From Escherichia phage T4: 64,000 nucleotides of DNA. Shown one piece after another: positions 33,555-43,639 of the stretch. How positions within the stretch are numbered: position 1 is the stretch's first letter; each line of letters begins with the position of its first letter. A program made the position numbers and the translations under genes. The notes under the pieces were generated by a model. It was not told where the DNA came from and searched no databases. It was given only the letters and a program-made list of their open reading frames with translations. The stretch is from sequence record NC_000866.4. One strand, written 5' to 3'.

Positions 33555-34152
33555 CGTATGTTCGATTGAGCTCGCTAATTCTCAACCCGTTCTCTTATGA
33601 ACTGCTGCATGTTACCATGCAGTCCAGACTATATCACAATCCCGGAGGGATTCTCCCCATTTCGAGTCGCTTGACCCTACGTCCGAAGACTAGTCGTTGA
33701 ACCTTGTTTTGCAATTGTCGCCGTGCCATCGTTTATATGTTGATGGTGATAAATCTTTCTTATCACAATATGGACAATTCAATTGAATTCTATTTGGATT
33801 TAATTTACATCTGTCATTATGTTTTAGATAAAATCCAGGACCTTTACCAATGTGACCACAGAAATCACATGTGATTTCTTTTTGTGCAGGATGGGTCCCG
33901 TTCTTAACCATTTCTAATGTTTTTGCTGATGTTCTTTTCTTATGTTCTTCCATCAGAATCTTTAGGTATAGGTCCGTTAGCATCTATCCAAATTTTTCTA
34001 TAGTTCAATTGTGCATCCTCTTAAAAGTATAATCATATTTATATTATACTAATTAAAGGTGCAAGCAAAACCTTGGCTGCTAGTTTTCCATAAAGGACTT
34101 TCCAGCAATTAAAGGAGTTTTCGATAAACGTTACCGTTTAAAGGCGCATTTT
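33555..34152 (-). mobile_element. Group I self-splicing intron in nrdB (598 nt)
   Basis: in-frame stop immediately after exon 1; exon 1 ends in U and intron ends in G; core blocks shared with the td intron; contains an endonuclease-remnant ORF. Confidence 0.85.
33690..33983 (-). pseudogene. I-TevIII: Truncated intron endonuclease remnant (I-TevIII-like)
   Basis: 97-aa intron ORF with CxxC...CxxC zinc-finger-like motifs and no recognisable nuclease domain. Confidence 0.7.
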
Positions 34153-34816
34153 ACGCAAAAGATACATAAAAACGAATAGCTTCTAAGGCATTAATAACGT
34201 GCAAACAGAGGTAAAGAGATTTCATCAGATCTCGTTTAGCTCTTTGCTCAACGTCTTTATCAGCTAGAATTAGACCTTGGTCTTTATAATATTCAACCAT
34301 GTCTTTAGCATTTTCCCATTCACGGGTTTTAACCAAGACATCATCGTAATATCGCCCAATGGACTCAGCACGTTTCATAATAGCTTCATCTAATACAATC
34401 TCATCAAACACCTTCGATGGATCAGTATAAAGATTTCGCATGATATGAGTATATGAACGACTGTGAATAGTTTCACTAAAAGTCCATGTAGCAACCCATG
34501 TATCAAGGCTTGGGTCTGAAATTAATGACATAAGTACAGCAGATGGCGCACGACCCTGAATGCTATCCAAAAGTGATTGATACTTCAGGTTGTTAGTAAA
34601 AATATTTTGCTGATACTGAGGAAGCTTATTAAATTGCGCAGCATCCATCATTAAGTTTACTTCTTCAGGACGCCAAAAAAAACTGATCTGCCGCTCAATG
34701 AGTTCTTCAAATACTCGATGTCGTTGAATATCATATCGAGCTAAACCTAATCCAGAACCAAAGAACATCGGTTCATTCAAAACATCAACTGGATTTGTAT
34801 TAAAAACTGTACTCAT
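34153..34816 (-). CDS. nrdB: Ribonucleotide reductase small subunit NrdB, exon 1
   Basis: N-terminal 221 aa of NrdB, ATG verified; ends ...ALEAIRFYVSFA. Confidence 0.88.
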
Positions 34817-35064
34817 TTAGAATCCTTAAATTTACATTTATCATAATGCCATCTTAAAGCATTGCCTTTATTAACTTTCTTACCACAGTGCGGGCAAGGT
34901 GGATACTCTGCTCCTTGTTTAGTTCTCAAAGAAATCAAATCACGGGTTTCTTTAGTATGAGGAACATCTCTTGTCGGAGAAATTGTACCATACATCGGAT
35001 TAAGCACGCCGACTTTAGCAGCAGCTATATTCTTTTTAGCTTCTTCAGTTTTAGGCTTTCTCAT
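34813..35064 (-). CDS. small Zn-ribbon / NUMOD-like protein (nrdA.1-type position)
   Basis: 83-aa ORF with CPHCGKK and TKETRDLISLRTKQG motifs resembling homing-endonuclease DNA-binding modules. Confidence 0.5.
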   Translation of the reverse strand: MRKPKTEEAKKNIAAAKVGVLNPMYGTISPTRDVPHTKETRDLISLRTKQGAEYPPCPHCGKKVNKGNALRWHYDKCKFKDSK

Positions 35065-35087
35065 CTTTTTCTTAGGTTTCTTCGCTT

Positions 35088-35513
35088 TTAGCCCTTCCTT
35101 TGGTTGCCGCCGATATTTTGTGTTTGGTTTCTTCTGTTAAACGCAGACCTGTTTTCGCTTTTTGACATTTTCAGTCTCGTTTCTTCAGAAATGACCGTAC
35201 CTTTGCGAAATTGCGAATTTAACTTCTTTGCATGGGCATATATTTTAGAATGAACTTTATAATGACGTTTCTTAGTTCCTTTCATATTGCACATCATGAA
35301 AAATGCGAATATAACAGATTTTACCGGATAAATCTTTGATAAAATAGCATGCGCTATAAAATGCTCTCTAGCTGTTAATTCAACTAAATTTTCTTTATCA
35401 TCAGAACCTCCCATGCATCTAGGGATTATATGATGTGTCTCTTTATATTCGGATAAAGGTTCCCGAGCCTGAGCTCGGGAAATTAGGTCGTTATAGATTT
35501 TTTGATAATTCAT
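35088..35513 (-). CDS. mobE: HNH homing endonuclease (MobE-like)
   Basis: 141-aa ORF with HNH motif HHIIPRCMGGSDDKENLVELTAREH; lies between nrdA and nrdB. Confidence 0.8.
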   Translation of the reverse strand: MNYQKIYNDLISRAQAREPLSEYKETHHIIPRCMGGSDDKENLVELTAREHFIAHAILSKIYPVKSVIFAFFMMCNMKGTKKRHYKVHSKIYAHAKKLNSQFRKGTVISEETRLKMSKSENRSAFNRRNQTQNIGGNQRKG

Positions 35514-37777
35514 TACAATTTACACGCTGCACAATCATCGGCTTTAGGAGTTTCTATTTCATAATCATCAGTACCAGAACCATCACGGGTATTATGATAA
35601 TAGAAATTTTTAATGCCATAATACCATCCGTATAGCATGTCATCAATCATTATTGACATTGGAACCTTTCCTTTTGGAAAAATCTGCGGGTCATAATATG
35701 TATTCGCTGAAGCTGATTGACATACCCATTTCAGCATAATAGCTACCTGCGTAAGATAAGGTTTATTACCTTTCTTAGCTAATTTCCATGTATAATCATA
35801 GAGGTCTATGTTATGCTCAATATTGGGCACGACTTGATTAAAGGAACCCTCTTTTGATTCTTTAACACTTACCGGTCCACGTGGAGGCTCGTAGCCGTTT
35901 GTACTGTTAGAAACTTGGGAAGATGACTCACATGGCATAAGTGCTGATAATGTGCTATTACGGATGCCAAATAGCTTAAGGTCTTCCCGCAGCGCCGACC
36001 AGTCACAAACGTATTTTGGAGCTGCGATTTGGTCAATCTTTTTATTGTACCAGTCGATAGGTAATTCGCCTCGAGACCAACGAGTGTCTGAATAATATTC
36101 CGAAGGTCCTTTTTCTTTGGCGAGCTTAATGGATGCTTTAATGAGTCCATACTGTAATCTCTCAAATAGTTCATGTGTTAAATCGTTAGCATCTTCATAA
36201 GAAGCAAAGTTACTTGCCAGCCAAGCTGCATAGTTGGTAACACCTACACCGAGGTTACGACGCTTTTTAGCTTTTTCTGCTTCAGGAACCGGATATCCTT
36301 GGTAATCCAACAGATTATCAAGAGCACGAACTTGAACTTCTGCCAATTCATTAATTTTATCTTGGTCTTGCCAGTCAAAATTATCTAATACGAATGCAGA
36401 GAGAGTACACAATCCAATTTCAGCATCAGGGCTATTCACATCATTTGTTGGAATAGCAATTTCACAGCACAAGTTACTCTGACGAATAGGTGCCTTTTCA
36501 CGAATAAACGGAGTATAGTTATTCGTATTATCAATGAACTGCACATAAATCCTTGCTGTTCCTGAACGTTCAGTCATGAGCAATTCAAATAGTTCACGGG
36601 CTTTAATACGCTTTTTACGAATATTAGGGTCTTTTTCTGCTGCTTCGTATAATTCACGGAAACGGTCTTGGTCTTTAAAATAAGAATAATAAAGCTCGCC
36701 ACCCATTTCATGCGGACTGAACAAAGTAATGTAATCGTTTTTTCCAAAACGTTCCATCATCAAATCATTCAGTTGAACACCATAATCCATATGACGAATG
36801 CGGTTTTCTTCTACGCCTTTGTTATTTTTCAAAACGAGAAGATTTTCAACTTCCAAATGCCAAATAGGATAATAAGCAGTAGCAGCGCCGCCACGAATTC
36901 CACCCTGTGAACATGATTTAACTGCAGTCTGAAAATGTTTCCAAAAAGGAATAACACCAGTATGGCGTACTTCACCCATGCCAATCTTAGAACCTTCGGC
37001 ACGAATCATACCAACGTTAATACCAATTCCAGCGCGTTTAGAGATATATTCAACAATTGAAGCAGAAGCCTTATTGATAGACTTCAATGAATCTCCTGCC
37101 TCAATAACAACACATGAACTAAACTGTCGAGTCGGAGTACGACAACCAGCCATAATAGGAGTTGGCAATGAAATCTGTCGAGTTGATACTGCTTCATAAA
37201 AACGGATAACATGTTTTAATCTATCAACAGGTTCATCTTGATGCAGTGCCATTCCAATAGTCATAAATGCAAACTGTGGAGTTTCATAAATTTGACCAGT
37301 GGTTTTATCTTTAACTAGATATTTTTCTTTTAATTGCATTGCCCCGGAATAAGTAAATTCCATATCCCGTTCGTGCTTAATTTTTGATTCTAAAAATGTA
37401 ATTTCTTCTGCTGAATATTTTGACAATAATTCAGGGTCGTATTTACCTGCATTTACACAATAAGAAATATGGTCAATAAATGAACGTGGTTCATACTGCC
37501 CATAAACATGCTTACGAAGAGCAAACATTAAACAGCGTGCAGCTACATATTGATAATCAGGTTCTTCAACCGAAATAGAATTCGCAGCAGCCTTAATGAC
37601 AATAGTCTGAATATCATCAGTTGTCATTCCATCACGGAGATAAGATTTAATATTTTCATATAATTCATAAGGATCTACTGATGTTCCTTCAGCTGCCCAA
37701 GATAAAACTTTAATAATTTTTTGTGGGTCAAAGCTCTGAGAAACACCACTACTTTTGATAACATTAATTAATTGCAT
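35513..37777 (-). CDS. nrdA: Ribonucleotide reductase large subunit NrdA
   Basis: 754-aa ORF with ATP-cone N-terminus and class I RNR catalytic motifs; C-terminal CAACKL tail. Confidence 0.95.
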   Translation of the reverse strand: MQLINVIKSSGVSQSFDPQKIIKVLSWAAEGTSVDPYELYENIKSYLRDGMTTDDIQTIVIKAAANSISVEEPDYQYVAARCLMFALRKHVYGQYEPRSFIDHISYCVNAGKYDPELLSKYSAEEITFLESKIKHERDMEFTYSGAMQLKEKYLVKDKTTGQIYETPQFAFMTIGMALHQDEPVDRLKHVIRFYEAVSTRQISLPTPIMAGCRTPTRQFSSCVVIEAGDSLKSINKASASIVEYISKRAGIGINVGMIRAEGSKIGMGEVRHTGVIPFWKHFQTAVKSCSQGGIRGGAATAYYPIWHLEVENLLVLKNNKGVEENRIRHMDYGVQLNDLMMERFGKNDYITLFSPHEMGGELYYSYFKDQDRFRELYEAAEKDPNIRKKRIKARELFELLMTERSGTARIYVQFIDNTNNYTPFIREKAPIRQSNLCCEIAIPTNDVNSPDAEIGLCTLSAFVLDNFDWQDQDKINELAEVQVRALDNLLDYQGYPVPEAEKAKKRRNLGVGVTNYAAWLASNFASYEDANDLTHELFERLQYGLIKASIKLAKEKGPSEYYSDTRWSRGELPIDWYNKKIDQIAAPKYVCDWSALREDLKLFGIRNSTLSALMPCESSSQVSNSTNGYEPPRGPVSVKESKEGSFNQVVPNIEHNIDLYDYTWKLAKKGNKPYLTQVAIMLKWVCQSASANTYYDPQIFPKGKVPMSIMIDDMLYGWYYGIKNFYYHNTRDGSGTDDYEIETPKADDCAACKL

Positions 37778-38094
37778 AAGTCCTCAACTTGAAAATCGTC
37801 TTTAAACAATCGGTTAACTATATGAGCTATTATATCACCATGACACGGCTTTGGTTTACATGTGCATCCTAGCCTCATTCCACGTAAAGGCTCTAAATGT
37901 GCTTTAGTTATTTCTCCGGATTTAATTCGACGTATAAAATCTTTTTTGAATAATTCAATGGCAGCCTCCCGGCTGCCAGCATCTTTACCGACGTAATTTC
38001 CCCAAAATGTACCGCGGTGAATATTAACATCAAAGTCGGATTTATATTTATTCACTACCCGGCATAGACGGCCCACGCTGGAATAATTCGTCAT
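37768..38094 (-). CDS. hypothetical Cys/His-containing protein
   Basis: 108-aa ORF, ATG verified; motif [11 protein letters not shown]. Confidence 0.55.
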
Positions 38095-38311
38095 ATTGTT
38101 TTTCCGTTAAAACAGTAATATCGTAGTAACAGTCAGAAGAAGTTTTAACTGTGGAAATTTTATTATCAAAATACTCACGAGTCATTTTATGAGTATAGTA
38201 TTTTTTACCATAAATGGTAATAGGCTGTTCTGGTCCTGGAACTTCTAACTCGCTTGGGTTAGGAAGTGTAAAAAGAACTACACCAGAAGTATCTTTAAAT
38301 CGTAAAATCAT
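38048..38311 (-). CDS. hypothetical protein
   Basis: 87 aa from ATG at 38311 with GAGGA ribosome-binding site; track ORF begins at upstream TTG. Confidence 0.55.
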
Positions 38312-38331
38312 ATATCCTCGCAATAATAAAA

Positions 38332-38643
38332 TTACACCGCCATCTTTCCTTTAATAGGAGGGTGTGATACATAGTTGTTAAGAACGAAATCTTTAGGCCT
38401 AAGTTTAAGAACATATTTTAATTGTTCTTTAGTAGAAAGATATCGGAATTTATAAGGTAGACCACTTATTACCAGCTCACAAAGCTCTTTAGGTTCACGC
38501 CTCAAAATTTCTTTACATTGTTCTACGTGATTCATATAGATATGAGTATTACCACCAGAAAATATCAAATCCCCTGGAATAAGATTACACATCTTAGCTA
38601 CAATATGAACTAACGTAGCATATGACGCAATATTAAACGGTAG
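38332..38643 (-). CDS. td: Thymidylate synthase, exon 2
   Basis: C-terminal thymidylate synthase sequence [11 protein letters not shown]...; the ATG at 38644-38646 is the last 3 nt of the intron. Confidence 0.9.
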
Positions 38644-39660
38644 CATTATGTTCAGATAAGGTCGTTAATCTTACCCCGGAATTATATCCAGCTGCATGTC
38701 ACCATGCAGAGCAGACTATATCTCCAACTTGTTAAAGCAAGTTGTCTATCGTTTCGAGTCACTTGACCCTACTCCCCAAAGGGATAGTCGTTAGGCATTT
38801 ATGTAGAACCAATTCCATTTATCAGATTTTACACGATAAGTAACTAATCCAGACGAAATTTTAAAATGTCTAGCTGCATCTGCTGCACAATCAAAAATAA
38901 CCCCATCACATGAAATCTTTTTAATATTACTAGGCTTTTTACCTTTCATCTTTTCTGATATTTTAGATTTAGTTATGTCTGAATGCTTATGATTAAAGAA
39001 TGAATTATTTTCACCTGAACGATTTCTGCATTTACTACAAGTATAAGCAGAAGTTTGTATGCGAACACCGCACTTACAAAACTTATGGGTTTCTGGATTC
39101 CAACGCCCGTTTTTACTTCCGGGTTTACTGTAAAGAGCTTTCCGACCATCAGGTCCAAGTTTAAGCATCTTAGCTTTAACAGTTTCAGAACGTTTCTTAA
39201 TAATTTCTTCTTTTAATGGATGCGTAGAACATGTATCACCAAACGTTGCATCAGCAATATTGTATCCATTAATTTTAGAATTAAGCTCTTTAATCCAAAA
39301 ATTTTCTCGTTCAATAATCAAATCTTTCTCATATGGAATTTCTTCCAAAATAGAACATTCAAACACATTACCATGTTTGTTAAAAGACCTCTGAAGTTTT
39401 ATAGAAGAATGGCATCCTTTTTCTAAATCTTTAAAATGCCTCTTCCATCTCTTTTCAAAATCTTTAGCACTTCCTACATATACTTTATTGTTTAAAGTAT
39501 TTTTAATCTGATAAATTCCGCTTTTCATAAATACCTCTTTAAATATAGAAGTATTTATTAAAGGGCAAGTCCTACAATTTAGCACGGGATTGTCTACTAG
39601 AGAGGTTCCCCGTTTAGATAGATTACAAGTATAAGTCACCTTATACTCAGGCCTCAATTA
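38644..39660 (-). mobile_element. Group I self-splicing intron in td (about 1.0 kb) carrying I-TevI
   Basis: intron begins UAAUUGAGGCCUGAGUAUAAGGUGACUUAUACUUG right after exon 1 and ends ...AACAUAAUG before exon 2. Confidence 0.92.
38791..39528 (-). CDS. I-TevI: Intron-encoded GIY-YIG homing endonuclease I-TevI
   Basis: 245 aa from ATG at 39528, N-terminus MKSGIYQIKNTLNNKVYVGSAKDFEKRWKRH; track ORF extended 43 codons upstream into intron sequence. Confidence 0.93.
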   Translation of the reverse strand: MKSGIYQIKNTLNNKVYVGSAKDFEKRWKRHFKDLEKGCHSSIKLQRSFNKHGNVFECSILEEIPYEKDLIIERENFWIKELNSKINGYNIADATFGDTCSTHPLKEEIIKKRSETVKAKMLKLGPDGRKALYSKPGSKNGRWNPETHKFCKCGVRIQTSAYTCSKCRNRSGENNSFFNHKHSDITKSKISEKMKGKKPSNIKKISCDGVIFDCAADAARHFKISSGLVTYRVKSDKWNWFYINA

Positions 39661-40802
<1,142 letters not shown>

Positions 40803-40858
40803 TTAATTGAAAACGAATGCTTACTTGGATAATTTCAATGACATACATAATATTTTCC

Positions 40859-41101
40859 TCAAACAGACTTTTTCACAATTTTCCAATCAGCTTTAAACTG
40901 CTCGACGTCAGAATGGTAAATCCAAAATCCTGCGCTTTCTCCGTCTTCATAAAGAGGACATCCATCGCATTCATCTTCCCATCCCATATCACGTAAAAGA
41001 TGTTCAGCTTTTTCAACAAGTTCAGAATCTTTACCGATGATATTAAAATACCATTTACCTCTAACTTCTGAATCTTTGATGCTCTGGCGTTGTAATCTCA
41101 T
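40859..41101 (-). CDS. hypothetical protein (frd.1 position)
   Basis: 80-aa ORF. Confidence 0.55.
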   Translation of the reverse strand: MRLQRQSIKDSEVRGKWYFNIIGKDSELVEKAEHLLRDMGWEDECDGCPLYEDGESAGFWIYHSDVEQFKADWKIVKKSV

Positions 41102-41111
41102 TTTATTCTCC

Positions 41112-41180
41112 TTAGCAAGCTTTAATCAAAAGATATAAACAGACCAACATAACTGCTGCCATAATATAAGGTGCGAACAT
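41112..41180 (-). CDS. tiny hydrophobic peptide (hand-read ORF)
   Basis: MFAPYIMAAVMLVCLYLLIKAC; sits directly downstream of an early-promoter-like element. Confidence 0.3.
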   Translation of the reverse strand: MFAPYIMAAVMLVCLYLLIKAC

Positions 41181-41204
41181 TTTCTTTTCTCCATTAGTTT
41201 TGAT

Positions 41205-41245
41205 AGGGTAATAGTATCACACTACTACCCTGATGTAAACTACTT
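41205..41245 (-). promoter_or_regulatory. T4-type early promoter
   Basis: minus strand GTTTACA, spacer, GATACTAT. Confidence 0.5.
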
Positions 41246-41641
41246 TTTGAAAGTTTTTCGCAAAAGTTCAATGATTTCATCTACATTGTTTTCGTCAACA
41301 ATGCAGTGAATTTTTGTTACGCCAGAAACCTTGTCTTTGACTTCATCTTCTTCAGAAGTCGGTTCTTTATATTCGCGGAAACAATAAAACTCTTCTTCAC
41401 TAAGTTCAAAATAATCATCACCCATACCATCATCATTATAGATTTCACCATTAGCACAAATGATTTCGGTTACATAATCAAAGCCATCTAAACTTGATAT
41501 TGATTTAACTTCAAACCAACCGCCATTTTCTTGAATGATGCCGACCATACTAGCATTTGATGAACTAATATCAATGAAAGATTTAATACGATGTGGATTT
41601 AACTCGTATTTTTTGCCGATTTCCATTTTGATTTTCCTCAT
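41240..41641 (-). CDS. hypothetical protein (frd.2 position)
   Basis: 133-aa acidic ORF. Confidence 0.6.
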   Translation of the reverse strand: MRKIKMEIGKKYELNPHRIKSFIDISSSNASMVGIIQENGGWFEVKSISSLDGFDYVTEIICANGEIYNDDGMGDDYFELSEEEFYCFREYKEPTSEEDEVKDKVSGVTKIHCIVDENNVDEIIELLRKTFKK

Positions 41642-41671
41642 TTTAATAGGGGCTTGATAGCCCCTTGATAA

Positions 41672-41899
41672 TTATTGTTCAATCAGTCCCATGTAAAATT
41701 CTGCGTCTTCAGAATCCATGCCATCACAATATTCATTAGCCATAAAGCGGGTGAGGTCTTCAAGAGGACCTTCAATAACGATTTGAATACTCCAAAACTT
41801 AGAATCTTGCACGCTTGTGATACTAAGTTCAGGATAACGATTACGAATAATCTCTTCAATATATTCAAAATCAACGATGTCAATATCAACTTTAGCCAT
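41672..41899 (-). CDS. hypothetical protein (frd.3 position)
   Basis: 75-aa ORF. Confidence 0.55.
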   Translation of the reverse strand: MAKVDIDIVDFEYIEEIIRNRYPELSITSVQDSKFWSIQIVIEGPLEDLTRFMANEYCDGMDSEDAEFYMGLIEQ

Positions 41900-41934
41900 A
41901 TTATTTTCCTCTTTAATTATTAGCAGTATTGCCG

Positions 41935-41995
41935 ATAGTTGTATAGTACCATAAAGCTTTATGCTTGTAAACCGTTTTGTGAAAAAATTTTTAAA
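41935..41995 (-). promoter_or_regulatory. T4-type early promoter with A/T-rich upstream element
   Basis: minus strand AAAATTTTTTCACAAAACGGTTTACA, 17 nt, TACTATAC. Confidence 0.6.
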
Positions 41996-42002
41996 ATAAA
42001 AA

Positions 42003-42021
42003 AGGGGACCTCTAGGGTCCC
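42003..42021 (-). terminator. Rho-independent terminator after gene 32
   Basis: GGGGACC-ctaga-GGTCCCC followed by UUUUUUAUUUU on minus strand. Confidence 0.7.
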
Positions 42022-42044
42022 CAATTAATTAGTAATATAATCTA

Positions 42045-42950
42045 TTAAAGGTCATTCAAAAGGTCATCCAGGTCCGTGTCATCAGCACTAGATGAACTAC
42101 CAGAGCTTGAGCTCATAAAATCATCTTCAGTTTTTGTATTGAAGTCATCAACATTGAATGCATCCAAATCATCAGCCACTTTATCAGCTTTCTTAGCAGC
42201 AGTTGCAGCAGCACCGCCCATCACAGCAGTTCCCATAACTTGACCGAATTTAGTATTAAGTTCTTCAAACGATTTGAATTTATCTTTAGAAGTCATTTCA
42301 GAAAGGTCAACCATTTGTTCGAACAGTTCTTTCTGGAAAGATTCATCGTCAATGTTTGGAATCGCAGATTGATTCAGGAATTTAGATTCATCGTAGTTAC
42401 TAAATCCAGAAACTTGTTTAACTTTCAGTACAAAGTTAGCACCTTCCCACGGACAAGTTACATCAACTGGAGTTTCACCCATTTCAACATCAACCGCAAT
42501 CATTGCATTGATTTTATCCCAGATTTTCTTACCAAAGCGGTATTTAAATACTTTACCTTCGTTTTCTGGAGCAGCTGGGTCTTTTACTACAAGAATGTTA
42601 GCCCAGTAAGAAGTTTTACGTTTAACAAGACTGTACTCTTTATTGTCAGTGTTGTATAGATCATTTTTACTGATGTATTGACATACTGGGCAAGAATCGT
42701 AATCACCATGGGTAGATGAACATGTTTCAATATACCATTTACCATTTTTCTTGAAACCGTGATTTACAAGAATTGCGAATGGTGCTTGTTCATCATTTTT
42801 AGACGGAAGAAAACGAATTACTGCTTGACCGTTACCCGCATTATCGAGTTTCAGTTTCCACTCGCCTTTATCTTCAGAAGAAAAACCTTTATTGCCATTC
42901 AGTTTAGCCATTTGTGCAGCGAGTTCAGCAGTAGATTTACGTTTAAACAT
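42045..42950 (-). CDS. 32: Single-stranded DNA-binding protein gp32
   Basis: 301-aa ORF recognised as T4 gp32 ([23 protein letters not shown]...; acidic C-terminal tail). Confidence 0.96.
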
Positions 42951-43010
42951 TTTTATTTCCTTTTTAATTTAATTTAATTAACAGTTGGTGCTATGACACT
43001 TTACCTCATA
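42951..43010 (-). promoter_or_regulatory. gene 32 translational operator (pseudoknot plus unstructured A/U-rich leader)
   Basis: minus strand GCUAUGAGGUAAAGUGUCAUAGCACCAACUGUUAAUUAAAUUAAAUUAAAAAGGAAAUAAAA-AUG. Confidence 0.75.
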
Positions 43011-43638
43011 GCTGGCATAATTCGCAATACTCTGGGTCTTCGAGAGGTATCCAACCTGAGTTGAAATACTTTACCATCGATTTAGCAGTTGTATCAGTTA
43101 TATTTATATTACCTTTAACTCTTCGCCATCCAGGAGTTTTACCGTACAGATTAGAGGATAATAATAACACATAATTCTCGTAAGCAATATGAGATAATTT
43201 CCAAGACTCTATATTAGCTCGTGATGTTTTCCAAGGTCTAAAATCGTCACGGTTCATATAATTAGCCAATCTCATATGCTCTCTAACTTCCGGGTCTTTG
43301 GCTGGATGAGTTTCACCACTCACACCAAATCCACCACCAGCATATACCAGATTAAAATAGTCTGGATTATCTCTGGCATTTACTTCAAGTTGGTATTTTC
43401 GTTCTGCTTCAATAACATCCAAGTCATCATCAATTTGAATTATTTTAACGCTCGGTTTTTGAAGCATTAGCGCATTCAAAAATCTTTTTTGTTTACATGA
43501 GCTCCAGTATTCCTTTCCGGAAGAGTCATATATTATTCCGTTCTCAAATGAGCAATTTAATTTACTACCGATATAGTAGTATGGCGGAGTCTTATTTTTG
43601 ACACGGTCTTCAAATGTAAACCAATATACTATATTCAT
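43006..43638 (-). CDS. segG: GIY-YIG-family homing endonuclease SegG
   Basis: 210-aa ORF, ATG verified, between genes 32 and 59; motif YYYIGSK. Confidence 0.7.
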   Translation of the reverse strand: MNIVYWFTFEDRVKNKTPPYYYIGSKLNCSFENGIIYDSSGKEYWSSCKQKRFLNALMLQKPSVKIIQIDDDLDVIEAERKYQLEVNARDNPDYFNLVYAGGGFGVSGETHPAKDPEVREHMRLANYMNRDDFRPWKTSRANIESWKLSHIAYENYVLLLSSNLYGKTPGWRRVKGNINITDTTAKSMVKYFNSGWIPLEDPEYCELCQL

Positions 43639-43639
43639 A

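Noticed and set aside
33052-33585. Track ORF start for nrdB exon 2 (and similar track starts for rnlA, denA, I-TevI, ndd, rnh)
   Set aside because: The track begins these ORFs at upstream GTG/TTG or in intron sequence; the boundaries were replaced by the verified ATG or the inferred splice site.
42240-42659. 139-aa plus-strand ORF
   Set aside because: Antisense inside gene 32; spurious.
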